Positions 57,963-64,000 of a stretch of DNA of 64,000 bases are shown piece by piece. The position numbers and the translations under genes are program-made. Position 1 is the stretch's first letter, and the number at the start of each line of letters is the position of its first letter. The notes under the pieces were generated by a model. The model had not been told where the DNA came from, ran no database searches, and saw only the letters and a list, made by a program, of their open reading frames with translations. The DNA comes from an uncultured Dehalococcoidia bacterium (GTDB lineage: Bacteria; Chloroflexota; Dehalococcoidia; Lucifugimonadales; CATQGZ01): positions 395,395-459,394 of the forward strand of contig OY282365.1 in assembly GCA_958295685.2 (NCBI GenBank), written 5' to 3'.

Positions 57963-58397
57963 TTACGGCTCTCGCCTCGAAGGCAGCGCGACCAGCGCGC
58001 TGCCGGGTGTCGTGGTCTCCCGCCGGGCGTTGACGAGCCTCAACTCGCACTCGACCAGGTTCTCGCCGCCGCGGACGTACTTCCTCGTAACCGTCCCCTC
58101 TGCGTAGACGGGTGAACCGGGAGTGTCCATACCCCGGTATTGGACGCTTAGCCTCTTTAGCGTGCCTGCCTCACCCATCCAATCGGTCACAAGCTGCGCC
58201 AGGAACGAATTCTTCAGAGGGCCGTGCACGATGACGTCGTGGACGCCGCTGTCGCGGGCGAACTGCCTGTCGTAGTGAAGCTCGTAGTAGTCATACGTGG
58301 CGCAGGCGAACATGACCAGCTGCCGCGTCGTCGGCGTCTTCACCAGCGTGGGGAGTCTCGTTCCCTCGCCGACGTCCTCGAAGTACAGCTGAGCCAT
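57963..58397 (-). CDS. MaoC-like (R)-specific hydratase hot-dog protein
   Basis: 144 aa; YELHYDRQFARDSGVHDVIVHGPLK. Confidence 0.75.
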   Translation of the reverse strand: MAQLYFEDVGEGTRLPTLVKTPTTRQLVMFACATYDYYELHYDRQFARDSGVHDVIVHGPLKNSFLAQLVTDWMGEAGTLKRLSVQYRGMDTPGSPVYAEGTVTRKYVRGGENLVECELRLVNARRETTTPGSALVALPSRREP

Positions 58398-58401
58398 TCC
58401 C

Positions 58402-58872
58402 TCAGCCGTTCCGGGTCGGTCGGTCGCTCTCCGTGGGGTCGTAGAAGATCCCGGTGCTTCGCCTGCGGGCGGCCAGATCTCCGAACTGGTTCACGTACTC
58501 GATGTCCCTCTCGATGAAGATCATCCTGCCCACCCGGCCCTCCTTCTCGAAAACGGCCGAGATGGATGCGGTCACGGTGATGCTGTCCCCCGGCCTCACC
58601 GGCTGGAAGTACTCCCACTCGCTGCCGCCGTCGAGACCGATGCCGGGAGGATACTCGAAATCCACCGGCGCCGCGCCGTAGGCGTGCAGGAAGGTGGGAG
58701 GAGCTATGATCCCCCCGTATCGCCCGCGGCGCGCGGCCGCTTCGTCGGAATAGAGAGGGTTCGGGTCCCCGATCGCCCTGGCGAACCTGATGATCTCGCC
58801 CCTCTCCACCTCCCAGACGACCGGCTCGGACCGCGTCCCTATCGCGGCCTTCATCTCCGGAGTAATGGGCAT
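58402..58872 (-). CDS. MaoC-family dehydratase N-terminal-type hot-dog protein
   Basis: 156 aa; FARAIGDPNPLYSDEAAAR, PPTF. Paired with the downstream MaoC gene. Confidence 0.7.
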   Translation of the reverse strand: MPITPEMKAAIGTRSEPVVWEVERGEIIRFARAIGDPNPLYSDEAAARRGRYGGIIAPPTFLHAYGAAPVDFEYPPGIGLDGGSEWEYFQPVRPGDSITVTASISAVFEKEGRVGRMIFIERDIEYVNQFGDLAARRRSTGIFYDPTESDRPTRNG

Positions 58873-58877
58873 TCAGC

Positions 58878-59645
58878 CTACCTCCCCTCGAACGTGGGCG
58901 CCCTCTTGTCTACGAACGCGCGGATCGCCTCCAGGCCGTCCCGCGAATATGCCAGCCTCTTCTGGATAGACGAGCCGAACTCGGCGAGCTCCTGAGGCAT
59001 CGGAGACGCGGCGCGGCGCAGCAGCGACTTGGCGGCGGGGAGAAGGGCGGGAGGCAGGCTCGCCATACCCTCCGCGATCTCCAGAGCGGTGTCCAGCACC
59101 CGGCCCGGTGGGACTACGCGGTTGACGATGCCCATCTCCAGCGCGCGCCGGGCGGGGATGTCCAGTCCGTATACGATCTCCGCGGCGGCGGACGGCGTGA
59201 GATGAAGCGTCCGCAGATACTCCCAGCCCACAGGGTAGCCCAGCCTGGCCTGCCCCATGCGCATCTTCGCGTCATCGGCCATGACCACCATCTCGCAGGT
59301 CTCCAGCGCGAGGTTCATGCCGCCGCCCACTGCCCATCCGTTCACCGCTCCGATGAGAGGCTTGGGCAGGTCGTCCGGATGGAAGACGTCCCCGAATCTC
59401 GGATCGACCCGCGGGTCGAAGAAGCCCTCCCCCTTGGAGGCTGCCTCCTTCAGATCCAGCCCGGCGCAGAAGAACCGGCCCACGCCCGTCACGACGCCCA
59501 CACGGGCCTCCGGGTCGTCACGCAGCCTCGCGTGCGCCTCGACGAGGCCCGTGACCAGCTCGTGGCCGAGGGCGTTGCCTCTCTCCGGCCGGTTCATAGT
59601 GATGACCGCGATCGGCCCGCGCATCTCGTAATCGACGAACGGCAT
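58878..59645 (-). CDS. Enoyl-CoA hydratase/isomerase (crotonase family)
   Basis: 255 aa; ITMNRPERGNAL, FCAGLDLKE, AVNGWAVGGG. Confidence 0.9.
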   Translation of the reverse strand: MPFVDYEMRGPIAVITMNRPERGNALGHELVTGLVEAHARLRDDPEARVGVVTGVGRFFCAGLDLKEAASKGEGFFDPRVDPRFGDVFHPDDLPKPLIGAVNGWAVGGGMNLALETCEMVVMADDAKMRMGQARLGYPVGWEYLRTLHLTPSAAAEIVYGLDIPARRALEMGIVNRVVPPGRVLDTALEIAEGMASLPPALLPAAKSLLRRAASPMPQELAEFGSSIQKRLAYSRDGLEAIRAFVDKRAPTFEGR

Positions 59646-59718
59646 AGGCTCCTCCCAAATCGGTCCGAGCGCATTAAACCTACTCGGCAGGCAGACCGCA
59701 AGATGTTACTCGTTCAGA

Positions 59719-59900
59719 TCTGAGGAGCCCTCTCCATTCCCCACTGACCACTGACCACTCGCCACTGACCACTGTTCCCCCCCTCTGGCAAGGGGTCTGA
59801 GGAGCCCTCTCCATTCCCCACTGACCACTGACCACTCGCCACTGACCACTGTCCCCCCCTCTGGCCGGGGGTCTGGGGGCTTGCCCCCAGTTTCCAATGG
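59719..59900. repeat. 76-77-bp tandem repeat (about 2.4 units) containing a CCACTGA heptamer run
   Basis: Units start at 59719, 59796 and 59872. Each holds CCACTGACCACTGACCACTCGCCACTGACCACTG, then CCCCTCTGGC.GGGGTCTG. The last ends with hairpin GGGGGCTTGCCCCC. Confidence 0.85.
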
Positions 59901-59979
59901 CCACACCGCATCGAGGGGATTTGATACACTTGCGCCACGAAACGGTACTTGAGCAAAAGAGGCAAAGAGGAGGTTCCCA

Positions 59980-60627
59980 TTGACGACAAACGCGCAGCCT
60001 GAAGCCTTCCATAAGCGGCTGGGAGGCCGAGTGGTCAAGGTACTCGCACGAGGAGCTATTCTCCTTCTGCCGCTGATAGTCACATTCTGGTTGATCCAGT
60101 TTGCTTTTAGGACCATGGATCGCCTGCTCCAGCCCCTCATCTCGACAACCCTCGGCAGGGAGATACCGGGACTGAGCTTCGGCATCATCATCCTGGCGCT
60201 GTTTGTGGTCGGCGTCCTGAGCTCCAGTGTGATATTCAAAACACTCGGCTATCTCATAGAGCGGGGCATATCCGCCGTGCCGGGCATAGGCTCCATCTAC
60301 GGCACCACGAAAAAACTCATCCCCGGCTCACAGCCGACCGATGCCCCAACCGGTTTCGATACGGTGGTTCGAGTGGAGTACCCGCGCCTCGGAGCATGGG
60401 CAGTGGGCTTCTTGATGAGCATCGTCGACGACGGACAAGGGACGCAGTACGGCGTAGTCTACATGCCTTCGACCCCCATGCCTCAATCCGGCTGGCTGGT
60501 GCAAGTCCCCATGAGTGAGATCGAGACACTTAACTGGTCGTCGGCTGAGGCGATGCAGTACATAGTGTCTGCCGGAATCAACTCCCCAAGTTCGATTGAG
60601 GCGAAAATGCTGGAGTCCGCTACCTGA
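59980..60627 (+). CDS. DUF502 family membrane protein
   Basis: TTG 59980 after AGAGGAGG. LLLPLIVTFWLIQFAFRTMD, YPRLGAWAVGF, PMPQSGWL. Confidence 0.75.
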   Translation: MTTNAQPEAFHKRLGGRVVKVLARGAILLLPLIVTFWLIQFAFRTMDRLLQPLISTTLGREIPGLSFGIIILALFVVGVLSSSVIFKTLGYLIERGISAVPGIGSIYGTTKKLIPGSQPTDAPTGFDTVVRVEYPRLGAWAVGFLMSIVDDGQGTQYGVVYMPSTPMPQSGWLVQVPMSEIETLNWSSAEAMQYIVSAGINSPSSIEAKMLESAT

Positions 60628-60868
60628 GCGCGGGCCCGACGAAATCGGTCGAAGCCCTCCAAACTCCGACTTCAGAGTCCGCTGCGGGAAGGCGTCGTGG
60701 TAGCCGCATGAGCCTCCGGGCCTCTCCTGCCGCGGCCATCGTCGGAGGTGCGGGCCGATGTTTGCGACGAACCCTGGCGCGGGCCCGACCGCCGACAGAC
60801 GCCGCAAGCTCGACTCCTCCGGCGGTAACAGTTCAGAGTTCGTGAGATCCGAAGGGGGAGTCCAGAGG

Positions 60869-60983
60869 GGTTCTCCCCTCTGGCAGGGGTCTGGGCCAGG
60901 CGTCCGAGACCCCCAGGCTACCGGCTGGAGGTTCTCCCCTCTGGCAGGGGGTCTGGGGGCTTTGCCCCCAGTTTCCAAATGGG
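60869..60983. repeat. Intergenic repeat GGTTCTCCCCTCTGGCAGGGGTCTGGG x2, plus GGGGGCTTTGCCCCC hairpin
   Basis: Copies at 60869 and 60930. The segment 60936-60983 is near-identical to 59856-59900. Confidence 0.8.
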
Positions 60984-61196
60984 CGGGTGGGTGGGGAAAC
61001 CAGCCGTCTGCTTTATCAGGACTGCGCTGATCGAAAGACTTCATCAACTCTGAACAGTTACCTCCGGCGCGTCGCCGTCGGCGCCTCGTCGACGCTGACG
61101 TACACGGCTTCCGGCGAGCGCTGAGAATACCCGTCAGTAGAGAATCGCGTGCAGGGGGACTCGGTTCCAGACCGGCGGCTCCCTCTCGCTGCCGCC

Positions 61197-61399
61197 AGCC
61201 GCCCCAACGTGTAGGGGCACTCGTGAATCGCCCGCGCCTCCTATCCTGCTAATCCTCCAATCCTGAGAATCCTGATTCAGACAATCTCCCCTCCCCCGTG
61301 ACATCGCCAACCGCCCCAACGTGTAGGGGCACTCGTGAATCGCCCGCGCCTCCTATCCTGCTAATCCTCCAATCCTGAGAATCCTGATTCAGACAATCC
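61197..61399 (+). repeat. Two tandem 112-bp upstream modules with phased AATCCT hexamers, abutting cassette D
   Basis: GCCCCAACGTGTAGGGGCACTCGTGAATCGCCCGCGCCTCCTATCCTGCTAATCCTCCAATCCTGAGAATCCTGATTCAGACAAT at 61201 and 61313. Confidence 0.85.
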
Positions 61400-61635
61400 T
61401 TGACACCACCGAACCGCTGTGCTAGAGTTTCCCCATGACACAGCCGCCTCTCTCCACAAACCCGCCCGCAGGACTCCTGAAGCGCCTGTCGCAAAGTGTC
61501 GCATAAGTGTCGCAAAGTGTCGCATAAGTGTCGCATAAGCGTCGCATAAGCGTCGCATAAGTGTCGCAAAGTGTCGGGTAAAATCGCACCTCCCAGCTAC
61601 GAAATGCCCTCAAATCCGACACTTTCGGCAAAAAT
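61400..61635 (+). ncRNA. Candidate promoter-linked structured leader/ncRNA cassette, copy D
   Basis: TTGACA 61400-61405, 17-nt spacer, TAGAGT 61423-61428. CATGACACAGCC block, eight tandem words GTGTCGCA(T/A)AA, loop AAAATCGCACCTCCCAGCTACGAAAT, inverted word CCGACAC, then TTTCGGCAAAAA. Confidence 0.5.
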
Positions 61636-61722
61636 TCCCGGATCCGCCGTTCCCCAGAGGCCGCCGGCGCTGGGACCGGAGCGTAGCCCCAACGAGGTGA
61701 GGATTTGGCTGAGTCCGCGCCC

Positions 61723-61765
61723 TTGACAAGGAACTGTAGTTCTGTCTATACTGGAACGACTGTTC
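61723..61765 (+). promoter_or_regulatory. Promoter with two overlapping Gram-positive-type LexA (SOS) boxes
   Basis: TTGACA 61723-61728, 18-nt spacer, TATACT 61747-61752. GAACTGTAGTTC 61731-61742 lies inside the spacer and GAACGACTGTTC 61754-61765 lies at or just after the start site. Both are GAAC-N4-GTTC. Confidence 0.65.
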
Positions 61766-61783
61766 TTTCAGAGGTCGTCCAAC

Positions 61784-62686
61784 GTGTCAGCGCGAGCAGA
61801 CTACAGAGAGACCGAGTGCCGAACGGCCCTCAACCGGGTAGACGGCATGGGCTTCCGGTGGTCCCTGAATCCGTACAGAGGCTGCGTCCATGGCTGCCAC
61901 TACTGCTTCGCGCGCCGCTACCACTCGTACCTCGACCTCAGCCCGGGCTCCGACTTCACCGGGATAATCTACGTCAAGACCAACGTCGCCGACGTGCTTG
62001 GGCTGGAGCTCTCCAGGCGCTCGATGCGCCGGGAGGGAGTCGTCGTGGGCACCGCCACGGACCCCTACCAGCCGATCGAGGGCAGGTACCGTCTCACCCG
62101 GCGCTGCCTCGAGGCCCTCGCGCGATGGCGGAATCCGGCGAGCCTGATCACCAAAGGGACGCTGGTAGTGCGAGACATAGACGTGCTCAGCGAGGCCTCG
62201 CGCCGTGCGGAGTGCTCGGTGATCTTCAGCATCACGACGATGGACGTGGAGCTGGCCCGCAAGATCGAGCCGGGCACACCTCCGCCCGCGAAGCGCGTCG
62301 CGGCCATGTCGCGGCTGGTCGGGGCCGGGATAAAGGCGGGGGTGGCGCTGGCGCCGGTCGTCCCCGGCATCACCGACGGAGCGGCGAATCTCGAGGCCGT
62401 GGTCCGCGCGGCCGCCTCCGGCGGCGCCCGCTTCCTCTGGGCGGGCGCGCTCAACCTGAAACCCGGCACCAGAGAGCACTTCCTGGAGTTCGTCGAGCGC
62501 GAGTACCCGGAGCTCACGACGCTCTACGACAGACTCTATCCCGGCGCGTATGCCCCCGGAGCGGTGCAGTCGGAGATCGGCCGTGTCGTGGGGGCGTTGA
62601 AGCTCAGGTACGGGATACGCGAGGCGCGGAAGCCTCCGAGCGAGCCGCCGCCCCAGCAGCTGCGGCTCGAACCCGGACGGCGCTAG
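61784..62686 (+). CDS. Radical SAM protein, DNA-repair-photolyase (SplB-like, COG1533-type) family
   Basis: GTG 61784. LNPYRGCVHGCHYCFARRYH (CxxxCxxC cluster), 300 aa. Confidence 0.8.
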   Translation: MSARADYRETECRTALNRVDGMGFRWSLNPYRGCVHGCHYCFARRYHSYLDLSPGSDFTGIIYVKTNVADVLGLELSRRSMRREGVVVGTATDPYQPIEGRYRLTRRCLEALARWRNPASLITKGTLVVRDIDVLSEASRRAECSVIFSITTMDVELARKIEPGTPPPAKRVAAMSRLVGAGIKAGVALAPVVPGITDGAANLEAVVRAAASGGARFLWAGALNLKPGTREHFLEFVEREYPELTTLYDRLYPGAYAPGAVQSEIGRVVGALKLRYGIREARKPPSEPPPQQLRLEPGRR

Positions 62687-64000
62687 GGCAGGCGCCTCTC
62701 GCCGAATATCGACTCTATCGAGTATGCCCTGAAACTGTTCCGCATCGTCGGACTTCGGACCTCTGCCTTCCAGACCTCGTTCCCGTCCCCGTCGACCTCC
62801 ACAATGACGCGCGGGGGGTCCGAGTCGTTCGACTCCGTGTTGATGAGGGTGTTGCCGTTTCCCAGACGGAACGCGCTGCTCCGTCCGCGAGCGTACAGGT
62901 CGGGCTCGTGCCGGTACTCCCACACCTTCGTTACGCCCAGATCGTAGGTGTTCAGAGCCAGTTCGATCGCCCTGGAGTACCCCCCGCCCTCCTCCTCAGG
63001 GCGGCCGCTGCCGTTGTCGTAGACCAAGATGTTCCCGTTGGGCAGCTCCGAGGCGGTGTGCTGGCCGTAGAACCTGTCCGCAGGGTTCAGGAAGTGGTAG
63101 TCGGTGTCCGGCCCGCCGAGCTGCCACTCGATAGACTCGCCGTCCGGGGAGATGGAGATCACCTGGTCCCAGTTCGCCAGCGAGACGACGTAGTTGCCCC
63201 GGACGCCCAGGGCGAGCGAGTTGGCCCGCTGCCAGGCTATCGGCTGCTGCCCCGGGTTCCAGTCGACCCGCTGGTCGAGCGAGAAGTGGTCCAGGGCGCT
63301 CCATATCTCACGCGTCGTGTCGTTCGTCTGGTCCCATACCCTTATCGAGTCGACCAGCGTCTGCGTACCGGGGCCGCCGCCGTTCTCCGTGTCGTCGATC
63401 TCGATGACCTCATGGGCCAGGTATAGCACCTCGGTGTCGGACAGTATCAGGAAGTCACGGTTCACGAACTTGTCGATGGGGTTGGCCGCCAGACGGTCGA
63501 CCAGCTCGCCGAGCGGCGTGATCTCCTTGAGACAGCAGTTGAACCGCCTTCCGAGCGGCCCGCCTTCCAGGAAGACGAGGTTGTAGTTGGGCTTCTGGCG
63601 AACGGTGCGGGCGCTGACGGGCATGTCCGGCAGGGTGACCTCGTGCCGGTAGTACCAGACGACGACGGAATCCTCGTCGAGCGCCACGTAGTAGCTGTCA
63701 GGGTTGTCTTCGAGGTCGAACAGCACGAGACCGGTCGGGCTGCCCTCGACGGTGAGATCCATCCTGGCCAGAGCATCCGGCAGCTCTCCGGTCGTGAACG
63801 AGCCCCCTGACCCGGCGGACGTGCTTCCGTCCTCGGCCACGGCGAAGGCATCGTAGAAGTAGGTAGTCAGTGGGCGGAGACGCACCACCGGCACGCTGTG
63901 CTCGGCTGCCGCGAACTCGGTGGTGCGGGTGATGAAGGAGCCGACGTCCGCATTGTGATATGCCACGCGGACCCGGGCAGGGCTGTCGAGTGAGACCTCC
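62683..64000 (-). CDS. Arylsulfotransferase (ASST)-like beta-propeller protein, 5' end probably outside the window
   Basis: Track ORF 62683..63966, but the frame stays open to position 64000. Family call by eye from the propeller-like repeat pattern (NGNILVYDNG, GNGNTLIN); weak. Confidence 0.45.
   Translation of the reverse strand, partial: EVSLDSPARVRVAYHNADVGSFITRTTEFAAAEHSVPVVRLRPLTTYFYDAFAVAEDGSTSAGSGGSFTTGELPDALARMDLTVEGSPTGLVLFDLEDNPDSYYVALDEDSVVVWYYRHEVTLPDMPVSARTVRQKPNYNLVFLEGGPLGRRFNCCLKEITPLGELVDRLAANPIDKFVNRDFLILSDTEVLYLAHEVIEIDDTENGGGPGTQTLVDSIRVWDQTNDTTREIWSALDHFSLDQRVDWNPGQQPIAWQRANSLALGVRGNYVVSLANWDQVISISPDGESIEWQLGGPDTDYHFLNPADRFYGQHTASELPNGNILVYDNGSGRPEEEGGGYSRAIELALNTYDLGVTKVWEYRHEPDLYARGRSSAFRLGNGNTLINTESNDSDPPRVIVEVDGDGNEVWKAEVRSPTMRNSFRAYSIESIFGERRLP

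Noticed and set aside
59706-60239. ORFs translating the CCACTGA heptamer repeats (SGQW/VVSGEW repeat peptides).
   Set aside because: They are open in several frames and on both strands only because of the microsatellite, and there is no start context. They are treated as non-coding repeat.

Overview
High-GC (about 65% by eye), gene-dense bacterial chromosomal segment. clpC-radA synteny, HemQ/ChdC, Gram-positive-type LexA boxes, an RND pump with no adaptor gene and an unlinked 5S rRNA suggest a monoderm-lineage organism such as Chloroflexota (inference only). Housekeeping genes: radA, clpC, rpsA, a stand-alone 5S rRNA, sucCD, tatA, hemQ, hpt, selB, an HtrA-like protease and an RND pump. Metabolic genes: DUF1501, HpcH aldolase, M24 and M19 peptidases, D-aminoacylase, HAD, PFK, Mo-oxidoreductase, enolase-superfamily, FAD oxidoreductase, SDR, MaoC/crotonase, LarC/LarE-like. 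A corrinoid-dependent, MetH-like split methyltransfer cluster is interrupted by a lower-GC islet. Defence content: three type II restriction-modification pairs; an intact type II-C-like cas9 with a 4-repeat array and tracrRNA but no cas1/cas2; a tightly coupled four-gene NurA/HerA operon; DUF433 antitoxin-like genes. The most unusual signal is a five-member family of roughly 200-230-nt cassettes. Each has a near-consensus promoter, a conserved 5' block, tandem 10-11-nt words, a conserved loop and an inverted copy of the word. The word and anti-word co-vary between copies, and each cassette is co-oriented with a downstream gene (5S rRNA, cas9, a radical SAM gene, the methyltransfer cluster, DUF1501). 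No integrase, transposase or tRNA was seen. All protein calls rest on motif recognition by eye; no searches were run.
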